Shown here: positions 7,955 through 16,003 of the stretch, piece after piece | Numbering within the stretch: position 1 is the first letter of the stretch | Layout: each line of letters opens with the position of its first letter | Origin: Vulcanimicrobiota bacterium | GTDB taxonomy: Bacteria > Vulcanimicrobiota > Vulcanimicrobiia > Vulcanimicrobiales > Vulcanimicrobiaceae | Length of the DNA stretch: 27,131 bases | Assembly (NCBI GenBank): GCA_003135555.1 | Contig: PLCF01000021.1 | Span: 1 to 27,131, forward strand | Direction of reading: 5' to 3' | The notes under the pieces: generated by a model | What the model was told of the DNA's origin: nothing | The model's database searches: none | The model's input: only the letters and a program-made list of their open reading frames with translations | Position numbers and translations under genes: made by a program

Positions 7955-9031
7955 TCAGCCGCGGTAGCGGAGGAAGGCTGGGACTTCGATGTCGTCCATG
8001 TTGACGGGGGCGACCTTGTCGAAGTCCGAGGGCTGGCCGGACAGCGCCGAGGCGCTCGCGGCGCGGTGCTGGCGCGCGCCGCCGAAGCCGGCGGCGAGAA
8101 CCGTGACGCGCACCTTGCCGTTGAGGCTCGGGTCGATCGAGGCGCCGAAGATGATCTGCGCCTCGCTATCGACCGCTCGCGCGATCATCTCGGCGGCTTC
8201 GTTCACCTCGTACATCGACATGTCGGATCCGCCGGTGATGTTGAAGATCACGCCGCGCGCGCCTTCGATCGTCGTCTCGAGCAGCGGTGACGCGATCGCC
8301 TTCTGCGCGGCATCCGCGGCGCGGTGCTCGCCCGTGCCCTCGCCGATCCCCATCATCGCCGTTCCGGCGTCGGTCATGATCGTCTTGACGTCGGCGAAGT
8401 CGAGGTTGATGAGGCCGGGCTGCGTGATGAGGTCGGTGATCCCTTGGATCCCCTGGCGCAGCACGTCGTCGGCATATGCGAACGCTTCGTTGAGCGGCGT
8501 GCGCTTCTCGATGATCTGCAGGATGCGCTCGTTGGGGATGGTGATGAGGGTGTCGACCTTGGATTCGAGGTCGGCGATGCCGCGTTCGGCCGCCTGCATC
8601 CGTTTGCGTCCCTCGAAGCCGAACGGTTTGGTCACGACGGCCACGGTGAGCGCACCGGACTCGCGCGCCAACTCCGCGATGACCGGCGCTGCGCCGGTCC
8701 CCGTCCCGCCGCCCATGCCGGCGGTGATGAAGACCAGATCGGCGCCGTCGAGGATCATCGCGAGGTCCTCGCGCGACTCATCGGCCGCCTCGCGCCCGAT
8801 GTTCGGGTTCGAGCCCGCACCCAGGCCGCGTGTGAGGCCGCTGCCGATCTGCACGGTGTTGTTCGTCTTTGAATTTCGCAGCGCTTGGACGTCGGTGTTG
8901 ATGGCATAGAAGTCGCAGCCTGTCAGCCCCGCCTCGATCATGCGGTTGACCGCATTGCAGCCGCCGCCGCCGAGTCCGATCACTTTGACCGCTGCCGCGT
9001 GCTCGGGCACGAACCGTTTCGGATCAGACAT
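7955..9031 (-). CDS. ftsZ: Cell division protein FtsZ
   Basis: [16 protein letters not shown], tubulin signature [17 protein letters not shown] and C-terminal IEVPAFLR peptide. Start 9031 (ATG) or 9037 (GTG). Confidence 0.99.
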   Translation of the reverse strand: MSDPKRFVPEHAAAVKVIGLGGGGCNAVNRMIEAGLTGCDFYAINTDVQALRNSKTNNTVQIGSGLTRGLGAGSNPNIGREAADESREDLAMILDGADLVFITAGMGGGTGTGAAPVIAELARESGALTVAVVTKPFGFEGRKRMQAAERGIADLESKVDTLITIPNERILQIIEKRTPLNEAFAYADDVLRQGIQGITDLITQPGLINLDFADVKTIMTDAGTAMMGIGEGTGEHRAADAAQKAIASPLLETTIEGARGVIFNITGGSDMSMYEVNEAAEMIARAVDSEAQIIFGASIDPSLNGKVRVTVLAAGFGGARQHRAASASALSGQPSDFDKVAPVNMDDIEVPAFLRYRG

Positions 9032-9070
9032 GTTCACAGTTTCCTCTTGCGGGAAGAGTGGGAGCAACGA

Positions 9071-10291
9071 TCAATTCCAGAGCGACTTGAACCAGTCGCC
9101 GAGTCGTGCCAGGACGCCCGAGGCCTGGCCGTTGAGATGCGGCGCTTGTTCGCCGCGCGGACCGAAGAGTACCAACCCGATCGCGGTGGCATACTCGGGC
9201 TGTTTTACGGCGTCGGTCAGCCCCGCCACGGTGGCAGGCACGCCGATCCGCACCGGAAGCCCGAAGACCTCCGCCGCGGTGGTCTCGATTCCGCGCAGGT
9301 GCGCTCCGCCGCCGGTGATGACGACTTCGCTGAGCACCTGATCGCGGGGGATATGGGACACGATGTTGGCCCGCGCCAACCGGAAGATCTCCAGCACGCG
9401 CGGGACGACGATGCTGCGCAGCTGCGAGGACGTCACCTCGCGCGTGCTGCGCCCGTCAAGGGACTTGACCTGGAACGACTGCTCGGCTTCGTCGGCACGC
9501 ACCAGCCCCGAGCCGTACGTGCGCTTGACGTTCTCGGCTTCGGCGAAGGTGGTCTTGAGCCCCAATGCGATGTCGTTGCTCAGGATGTTTCCGCCGACCG
9601 GGATGGTCGCGCTGTGGAGCACCCCGCCCTCGGCGAACACCGCGATGTCGGTGGTGCCGCCGCCGATGTCGAGCAGGATGACGCCGACCTGCTTCTCCTC
9701 GGGTAGGAGCGTCGCGGCCGCCGAAGCCAGCGGCTCGAAGACGATCCCGGTGGGTTCCAGCCCCGCGCGGTGAACGCATTTGAGCACGTTGGAGATGAAA
9801 GACGATCCGCCGGTGACGATGTGGGTGTCGACCTCGAGCCGTCCCCCGCTCATCCCGACCGGATCGGTGACGCCGTCCTGACCGTCGATGGTGTAGTGGC
9901 GCGGCAGCGCGTGGACGATCTGCCGGTCGGCCGCCACGTTGATGATCTTCGACGCATCCACGACGCGCTTGACGTCAGCGCCGATGACCTCGCGGTCGTC
10001 ACCGGTGACCGCAACGACGCCCCGGTTGTTGGTCGACTGCATGTGCTCGCCGGTGACGCCGACGTACACGTGCGAGACGTGAACGCCAGCCATGCGTTCG
10101 GCCTTTTCGGTCGCAGCCTCGATGGCGTGAACCGTCGCTTCGAGATCGGTGACGACGCCCTTGCGCATCCCCGTTGACACGGCTTCGCCGACGCCGATGA
10201 TCTCGAGTCCGTCGGGACCGGATGAGGCGATGACGGCACACGTCTTCGTCGTGCCAATGTCCAGGCCAGCGATCGTCTCGCCCCTAGCCAT
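9071..10291 (-). CDS. ftsA: Cell division protein FtsA
   Basis: GLDIGTTKT, GMRKGVV, LLDIGGGTTD, ITGGGAHL, YATAIGL and C-terminal amphipathic helix RLGDWFKSLW. Confidence 0.98.
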   Translation of the reverse strand: MARGETIAGLDIGTTKTCAVIASSGPDGLEIIGVGEAVSTGMRKGVVTDLEATVHAIEAATEKAERMAGVHVSHVYVGVTGEHMQSTNNRGVVAVTGDDREVIGADVKRVVDASKIINVAADRQIVHALPRHYTIDGQDGVTDPVGMSGGRLEVDTHIVTGGSSFISNVLKCVHRAGLEPTGIVFEPLASAAATLLPEEKQVGVILLDIGGGTTDIAVFAEGGVLHSATIPVGGNILSNDIALGLKTTFAEAENVKRTYGSGLVRADEAEQSFQVKSLDGRSTREVTSSQLRSIVVPRVLEIFRLARANIVSHIPRDQVLSEVVITGGGAHLRGIETTAAEVFGLPVRIGVPATVAGLTDAVKQPEYATAIGLVLFGPRGEQAPHLNGQASGVLARLGDWFKSLWN

Positions 10292-10312
10292 CCGTCCTCG
10301 CCATCACTTGCA

Positions 10313-10383
10313 CCACGACATATTGGGGGCAACCACGCCAATACCTACAAGATAATCCACAGGCGTCCACAATCACATCCACA
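10313..10383. promoter_or_regulatory. NrdR-box-like site(s) plus three DnaA-box-like TCCACA direct repeats upstream of ftsA
   Basis: CCACGACATATTGGGG (10313-10328) and a weak half-match CTACAAGATA starting 32 nt later (10345); TAATCCACA 10353, GCGTCCACA 10363, ACATCCACA 10375. Confidence 0.5.
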
Positions 10384-10399
10384 GCGCGCGGGGGATGGA

Positions 10400-11185
10400 T
10401 CAGCGAAACTCGACCGTCGGTGTCCCCGGCGACCGCAGGTCGATCGCACGGATCGGCCGCTTTGTCCCCATAGCGGTTCGCACCGGCTCGACCAAAGCGG
10501 CTTTCTTCATCAAGTCCCCGTCGTCGCCGAATTTGACGATGACGCCGGTCACGTCTACCGCTTCGAGGCCGCCCCAGCGGTCGCGGTCCAGGCTGCGCAC
10601 GCTCACGTTCGCCTTTACAAGCACGCGCGCGTCCCCCAGCAGTTGCCGCACCTCCGGATCGGCGATCGTTCCGCCCGGCGGCGGAAGCTTCGCGCTGCCG
10701 GCAACGATCCGCGGGAGCGTCGTTGCGACGCAGCCGGTCTGCAGCACGCGCGACACATCATCGATCGTCACGTCGAGCTCGCCCGCGCGCACGCAGGCCG
10801 AGGGCCGCCGTACCGTGATCGCCAGCTCCACGAAGGGGTGCGGAAATTGGCCGCGGTGAACGGCGGCGCGATCGACGTACGGGATCGCCTCGATGCGGCC
10901 GCGCATCGCCCACGGGTTGAGCAGCCAGACGTTGGCGTCGGCCCCGACGCCCGCGGCAGCCCGCACCCGATCGCGGCTGACCGCCGAGGCGATCGGAACG
11001 TCGATTCCGATCCGCGCTACGCGGAACGTGGGCGACGTCACGAACCAGACGGCGCCCCAGGCCGCCAGCCCGGCGAGCGGGATCGCGAAGATCCAGAACG
11101 GCTTGACCCGCGCCGCAAGCGACGGTTTGCGCCGCAGCGTGCGCGGGCTGGTACCTCCGCCGCCGCGGCGCGCCGTCGTCTTCAC
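10400..11185 (-). CDS. ftsQ: Cell division protein FtsQ/DivIB-like
   Basis: Basic N-tail, single TM, POTRA-like region (FRVARIGI...NVWLLN...IEAIPYVDRAAVHR.FP), C-terminal IDLR motif; directly upstream of ftsA. Confidence 0.85.
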   Translation of the reverse strand: MKTTARRGGGGTSPRTLRRKPSLAARVKPFWIFAIPLAGLAAWGAVWFVTSPTFRVARIGIDVPIASAVSRDRVRAAAGVGADANVWLLNPWAMRGRIEAIPYVDRAAVHRGQFPHPFVELAITVRRPSACVRAGELDVTIDDVSRVLQTGCVATTLPRIVAGSAKLPPPGGTIADPEVRQLLGDARVLVKANVSVRSLDRDRWGGLEAVDVTGVIVKFGDDGDLMKKAALVEPVRTAMGTKRPIRAIDLRSPGTPTVEFR

Positions 11186-12051
11186 GGCGGCACGCTGCCG
11201 GCGCCGCGCAGGCCCAGCACGTAGCGCTCGAGCGCCTCGGCGACACCGTCGTGCGCGACGTCCGCGACGACGTGATCGGCATGTTCGAGGAGCTCAGGCG
11301 GCCCCGACCCCATCGCGACGCCGACGGCGGCCGCATCGAGCATCGGTACGTCGTTCCAAGCGTCGCCGATCGCCAGCGTCTGGTCGAGCGGCACATCGTA
11401 GCGGCGCGCGACGAACGCCAGCGCCTCGCCCTTGTTCACCGAGGGGTCGATCACTTCGACGAAGTCGACGTGGCTGCGCGTGATGTAGGCGCGCTCGCCC
11501 AGCACGGCGTGCAGCGCGAGGAGATGCTGCTCGGATCGATCGGGATCGTCGACCAGCACGACCTTGACCGTCGGCCGCTCGGCGAAGGCAGCCTGCAGCG
11601 AGGGCACCAGTACCGGCTCGACGCGCGCCAAGTCGGTGTAGCGCTTGGAGAAGCGGTTAATCTGATCGACGTAGAGCGTGTCGTCGGCATAGCACTGCGC
11701 GTGGACGCCGTGCTCGGCGGCCCAGCTCAGCGTGTCGCGGGCCACGTCCGGGCGCACCGGGATTTGCCGCAACGTCGCGCCGCTTGCGACGTCGAAGATC
11801 GCGGCACCCTGGTAGCAGACGATCGGCCCATCGATCCCCAATGCTCGGGCGAACGGCCGCGCGGCGGCGAACATGCGCCCGGTCACGATGGTGACGGCGA
11901 TGCCGCCGGTTCGCGCGGCGGCGACGGTTTCACGCACGCGCGGCCGCAACACGAGATCGTCGCCGATCAACGTCCCGTCGAGGTCGAGCGCGACCAGACG
12001 GATGCGCGTCGGTGCCAGCATCGTGTCGCGCCCGTTCGACCCTTGCATCAT
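11182..12051 (-). CDS. Cof-type HAD-IIB phosphatase
   Basis: LVALDLDGTL, VTGR, CYQGA, VNKGEAL, AIGDAWNDVPML, GVAMG, DGVAEALE. ATG 12051 overlaps the hisD stop (alternative start 12021). Confidence 0.93.
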   Translation of the reverse strand: MMQGSNGRDTMLAPTRIRLVALDLDGTLIGDDLVLRPRVRETVAAARTGGIAVTIVTGRMFAAARPFARALGIDGPIVCYQGAAIFDVASGATLRQIPVRPDVARDTLSWAAEHGVHAQCYADDTLYVDQINRFSKRYTDLARVEPVLVPSLQAAFAERPTVKVVLVDDPDRSEQHLLALHAVLGERAYITRSHVDFVEVIDPSVNKGEALAFVARRYDVPLDQTLAIGDAWNDVPMLDAAAVGVAMGSGPPELLEHADHVVADVAHDGVAEALERYVLGLRGAGSVPP

Positions 12052-13337
12052 CCCGACCCGCCGCGCATGCGCGCGGTCCGTGCGTGCGCGGGGAGGCCCT
12101 CGAAGTCGGCCAAAGCGGCGAGCAACTCGGCATCGGCCGCCATACGGGCGCGCGTATTTTCCACCAACGTCATCGTGCGCAGGTAGTCGGCAGTGCGCAG
12201 CCCCGACGAGAACCGGCTCGCGCCGGAGGTCGGCAGCGTGTGGTTCGTGCCGGCAAGATAGTCGCCGGCAGCGACCGGCGTCTGGTCGCCGACGAAGATC
12301 GCGCCGGCGTGACGGATCTTGGGCACCCAGTCGTAGGGGTCGTCCACCATGAGCGAGAGATGCTCCGGCGCGAAGCGTTCGATCACGTCGAGCATCTGCT
12401 CGTCGTCGGCCGCGTGGACGAGCCAGGCCCGCGCGTCGAGCACCTGCGCGACGATCGCGTCGCGACCGCTCGCGCGGCCGAACTCTCCGTCGAGCAGCGC
12501 CGCGACCCGTTCGAGCAGCGCACGGTCGCGCGAGACCGCGGCGACGCGCGCGAGCGGGTCGTGTTCGGCCTGCGCCACCATCTCGCCGGCGACCAGCTCC
12601 GGCTTCGCGCGCGAGTCCGCGACGACCAAGACTTCGGACGGGCCGGCGAGGCCGTCGATCCCGCACCGGCCGTAGACCTGGCGCTTCGCCTCGGTGACGT
12701 AGACGTTCCCGGGGCCGACGATCTTGTCGACCTGCGTGATGCTCGCCGTGCCGAACGCGAGCGCGGCGATCGCCTGCGCGCCGCCGACCGCGTACAGCTC
12801 GTCGACTTCGGTCAGCGCGCAGGCGTACAGCACGGCGGGATTGACCCCGCCGTCGCGCTGCGGCGGCGTGACGACGACGACCCGCTCGACGCCGGCGACC
12901 TTGGCCGGCACGACGGTCATCAGCACGGTCGACGGTAACGGAGCGCTGCCGCCGGGGACGTACGCGCCGATCGCGGCGAGCGGTCGCGCGAGGAAGGCAT
13001 AGTGGGTCAGATCGTGCGCGTGGTAGTCGATCGGAGCGGGCAACTGCCGCACGTGGAAGTCGGCGATCCGCTCGCGCGCCAACTCCAGACCGGTCGCGAT
13101 CTGCTCGGGCACGAGGCGCCGCGCGTTCTTGCGCGACGGTACGGCGACGCGCAGCCCCGCAAGCGTCGCGCCGGTGCAATCCCAGCGCCGCGTGTAGTCG
13201 AGCAGCGCGGCGTCGCCGCGCGCGCGCACGTCCTCTAGGATCGTGCGAACGTCGTCCACAACGGCCCGCGGCGGATCCCAGCCGGCTGCGTACAAGCCGC
13301 GCAGCGCCGCGCCGTTAGTCGCCGCGACGATCTTCAC
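12048..13337 (-). CDS. hisD: Histidinol dehydrogenase
   Basis: GAYVPGG, GGAQAIAALAFGT, VDKIVGPGNVYV, IDGLAGPSEV, AQAEHD, APEHL, GDYLAGTNHTLPT, EGLPAHA; GTG 13337 overlaps the upstream stop. Confidence 0.97.
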   Translation of the reverse strand: MKIVAATNGAALRGLYAAGWDPPRAVVDDVRTILEDVRARGDAALLDYTRRWDCTGATLAGLRVAVPSRKNARRLVPEQIATGLELARERIADFHVRQLPAPIDYHAHDLTHYAFLARPLAAIGAYVPGGSAPLPSTVLMTVVPAKVAGVERVVVVTPPQRDGGVNPAVLYACALTEVDELYAVGGAQAIAALAFGTASITQVDKIVGPGNVYVTEAKRQVYGRCGIDGLAGPSEVLVVADSRAKPELVAGEMVAQAEHDPLARVAAVSRDRALLERVAALLDGEFGRASGRDAIVAQVLDARAWLVHAADDEQMLDVIERFAPEHLSLMVDDPYDWVPKIRHAGAIFVGDQTPVAAGDYLAGTNHTLPTSGASRFSSGLRTADYLRTMTLVENTRARMAADAELLAALADFEGLPAHARTARMRGGSG

Positions 13338-14128
13338 GTGGCGGTGCCGGCGCCATGGCGGCCGGCACCGGCTGCGAACCGGCCAGCGCCCGCGACGCCT
13401 TCGGCAAACACGATCTCGTAGCCGGCGGCGCCTTCGCGGCGTAGCGCTTCGCGCTCGTCGGCATCCCATGCGCCGTAGGCGCTGCGCCGGTCGGTCAACA
13501 TGCAGCGTTGCGGCGACGCGGCGATCTCGCGCGCCAGCGCCTCGGCGGCGTCGCGCGCGCAGCCGGCGCCCACGACGCGGTTGGCGAGCCCGAACGCCAG
13601 CGCTTCCTGCGCGCCCACGGCGCGGCCGGTCAGGATCATGTCGAGTGCGCGGCCCAGGCCGATGAGACGCGGCAGCCGCACGGTGCCGCCGTCGATGAGC
13701 GGAACGCCCCAGCGCCGGCAGAACACGCCGAACGTCGCGTCTTCTTCGACGACGCGCAAATCGCACAGCAGCGCGAGCTCCAGCCCGCCCGCGACCGCGT
13801 AGCCGCAGACCGCTGCGACGACCGGCTTGGTCAGGAGCATCCGCGTCGGGCCCATCGGCCCGGGTCCGACGCCGTCGGGCTCGATCTCGTTGCGGCGCCC
13901 GTCGTCGCCCAGCGCGGTGAGGTCGGCCCCGGCGCAAAACGTCCCGCCCGCGCCCCACAGCACGGCCACGCGCAGCGCGGCGTCGGCTTCGAACGCAACG
14001 AAGGCCGCGCGTAGCGCCGTCGCGACCGCACGGTCGACCGCGTTGCGCTTGGCGGCGTTGTCCATCACGATCGTCGCCACGGGATCGGCACGCTCGAGCC
14101 GCACCCCGGCCCCGAACTCGACGGTCAC
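13334..14128 (-). CDS. Crotonase / enoyl-CoA hydratase family protein
   Basis: RNAVD, FCAGADL, KPVVAAVCGYAVAGGLELALLCDLRV, FGVFCRRWGVPLIDGGTVRLPRLIG, GLANRVV. Confidence 0.95.
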   Translation of the reverse strand: MTVEFGAGVRLERADPVATIVMDNAAKRNAVDRAVATALRAAFVAFEADAALRVAVLWGAGGTFCAGADLTALGDDGRRNEIEPDGVGPGPMGPTRMLLTKPVVAAVCGYAVAGGLELALLCDLRVVEEDATFGVFCRRWGVPLIDGGTVRLPRLIGLGRALDMILTGRAVGAQEALAFGLANRVVGAGCARDAAEALAREIAASPQRCMLTDRRSAYGAWDADEREALRREGAAGYEIVFAEGVAGAGRFAAGAGRHGAGTAT

Positions 14129-14766
14129 GCCGGTACCGCGGTGAGCCGCTCGAGCAGCGCTGTGAGGGCGTCGTACTTGGCGCGAAAGCGCACCGGGTTC
14201 ACGACGAAGCGCGCCGTGCTCTCGGCGATCTCTTCGACCACGACCAGATCGTGCTCGCGCAGCGTCGTGCCCGTGGCCACGAGGTCGACGATGAGGTCGG
14301 CGAGGCCGACGAGCGGGCTGAGCTCCACCGAGCCGTGCAGCGGGATGAGCTCAACCGGCAGGTCGCGCTCGGCGAAGAACGTTTCGGCCGAGCGCGTGAA
14401 CTTCGTCGCCACCCGCAGGAACGTCGGCAGCGGCGCCCCCTCGTGGTAGCGATCGATACGGCGTCCGGCGAGGACCAGCCGGCAGTACCCGAATCCTAAG
14501 TCGGCGAGCTCGGCGACGTTCCGGTCGGTTTCCCACAGCGTGTCCTTGCCGACGATGCCGCAGTCGGCCGAGCCGAACTCGACGTAGGCCGGAACGTCGC
14601 TGGGCCGCAAGAACAGCAGCGTCGTGCCGTCCGCGGTCCGCACGGTGAGCTTGCGCCCGACGTGCTCGGGGACGTCGATCCCCGCCGCGCGCAAGCGCGC
14701 GGCCGCGTCGCGGTACAGCGCTCCTTTGGGCAACGCGATGGTGAGCGGCCCACCCTGAGCTGTCAT
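14125..14766 (-). CDS. hisG: ATP phosphoribosyltransferase, short form (catalytic subunit)
   Basis: LTIALPKG, DVPAYVEFGSADCGIVGKD, LRVATKF, LHGSVELSPLVGLADLIVDLVATGTTLREHDL; 213 aa with no regulatory domain, adjacent to hisZ. Confidence 0.96.
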   Translation of the reverse strand: MTAQGGPLTIALPKGALYRDAAARLRAAGIDVPEHVGRKLTVRTADGTTLLFLRPSDVPAYVEFGSADCGIVGKDTLWETDRNVAELADLGFGYCRLVLAGRRIDRYHEGAPLPTFLRVATKFTRSAETFFAERDLPVELIPLHGSVELSPLVGLADLIVDLVATGTTLREHDLVVVEEIAESTARFVVNPVRFRAKYDALTALLERLTAVPA

Positions 14767-14791
14767 CCTGAGCCTGTCGAAGGACGAAGGG
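14751..14791. repeat. Nested REP-like short repeat (GTCAyCCTGAGC-nnnn-CGAAGG type)
   Basis: CACCCTGAGC[TGTCATCCTGAGCCTGTCGAAGGAC]GAAGGG: one unit appears inserted inside a second. Only this locus is visible in the window. Confidence 0.6.
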
Positions 14792-14794
14792 CGG

Positions 14795-16003
14795 TCAACG
14801 GGCGTCCCAGTTCGAGGGCGTGCGCGGGATCGGCAACTCGTCGACGCGCGGTCCGACGCGCAGCTCGCGCACGGTCCCGTCGAGCGCGATCACGACGCGC
14901 GGAATGTCGTGGGCCCGCGCCTCCTCCACGAGCGCCTCATCACCGAGGTCCGCGCCGGCGAAGCGCACGACGTTCCCGGCGGCGCGCTCGCGCGCCGCGA
15001 CGACGTCGGAACCCGCGACGAGCACGTCGACGCGATGACGGCGCCGGCGGACATGCTTCCCGCGGCGCTCGAGCGCGATGAGCAGCCGCTCGACGCCGGC
15101 CGTCCAGCCGACGGCGGGGACGTTGTAGCCGAAGCGCGGCAGCAACGAGTCGTAGCGGCCCCCGCCGCACAACGAGAACCCGATCTCCTCGACGTAGCCC
15201 TCGAACAGGAACCCGGTGTAGTAGTCGAGGTCGCGCAGCAGCGCGAAGTCGACCGTGACCCGCGGGCCATAGCCCAGCGCGTCGGCGCGACGCAGCAGGA
15301 TGTCGAGGGCGTCGAGGGCGGCGCGTGATTCGGGGGTACGACAGATGCCGCGCGCGCTGTCGATCGCTTCGTGGCGCCCGCGGCGTTGCGCGAACTCCAC
15401 CAGCGCCGGGCGATCGAACTTTCGCAGGCCGACGAGGTTGCGGACCTTCATCAGCTCCTTGGCCTCGCGTGCCTGGTCCGGTTCGAGCCCCGCACCGCTG
15501 AGGATGCCGTCGACGATCCGCGCGTCGTTGACGTCGAAGCGCGCATCGCGCAAACCGATCTCGTCGAGCGCTTCGATCGCCATGAACAGCGTCTCGGCGT
15601 CGGCGTCGATCCCGGCGGCGCCGATGAGCTCGGCGCCGGCCTGGGTGAGCTCGCGCATGCGGCCTTCCTGCGGCTGCTCGTAGTAGCGGAAAACCGGCGC
15701 GATGTAGGCCAGCCGCAGCGGCACAGGCGCCTCGCGCATGCGCGTCGACACCATCCGCGCGATCGGGGTCGTCATCTCGGGCCGCATCGCCAGCGCCGTC
15801 GAACGCCGGTCGTTGAACTGGAACAGCAGCTCGGTCGCCTCCTCGCCGAGGCCGCGCTCCATCACGTCGAAACGCTCGATGATCGGCGTCTGGACCTCCT
15901 CGTAGGCCCAGCGCCCGAACACCGCGCGCATCTGCTGCTCGATCTCACGCTTGCGCGCCAGCTCGTGCGGCAACCAGTCGCGAACGCCTGCCGGAAGTCT
16001 CAC
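14795..16003 (-). CDS. hisZ: ATP phosphoribosyltransferase regulatory subunit
   Basis: HisRS-like sequence (RLPAGVRDWLP, LAMRPEMTTPIAR, RELTQAGAELIG, LDYYTGFLFEGY, GGGRYDSLL) next to short hisG; GTG 16003 overlaps the dnaE stop. Confidence 0.93.
   Translation of the reverse strand: MRLPAGVRDWLPHELARKREIEQQMRAVFGRWAYEEVQTPIIERFDVMERGLGEEATELLFQFNDRRSTALAMRPEMTTPIARMVSTRMREAPVPLRLAYIAPVFRYYEQPQEGRMRELTQAGAELIGAAGIDADAETLFMAIEALDEIGLRDARFDVNDARIVDGILSGAGLEPDQAREAKELMKVRNLVGLRKFDRPALVEFAQRRGRHEAIDSARGICRTPESRAALDALDILLRRADALGYGPRVTVDFALLRDLDYYTGFLFEGYVEEIGFSLCGGGRYDSLLPRFGYNVPAVGWTAGVERLLIALERRGKHVRRRRHRVDVLVAGSDVVAARERAAGNVVRFAGADLGDEALVEEARAHDIPRVVIALDGTVRELRVGPRVDELPIPRTPSNWDAR

Noticed and set aside
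11182..13958. 665-aa and 636-aa ORFs suggesting HAD or HisD fusions
   Set aside because: The N-terminal extensions are Arg-rich off-frame read-through of neighbouring genes; real starts are at 12051 and 13337.
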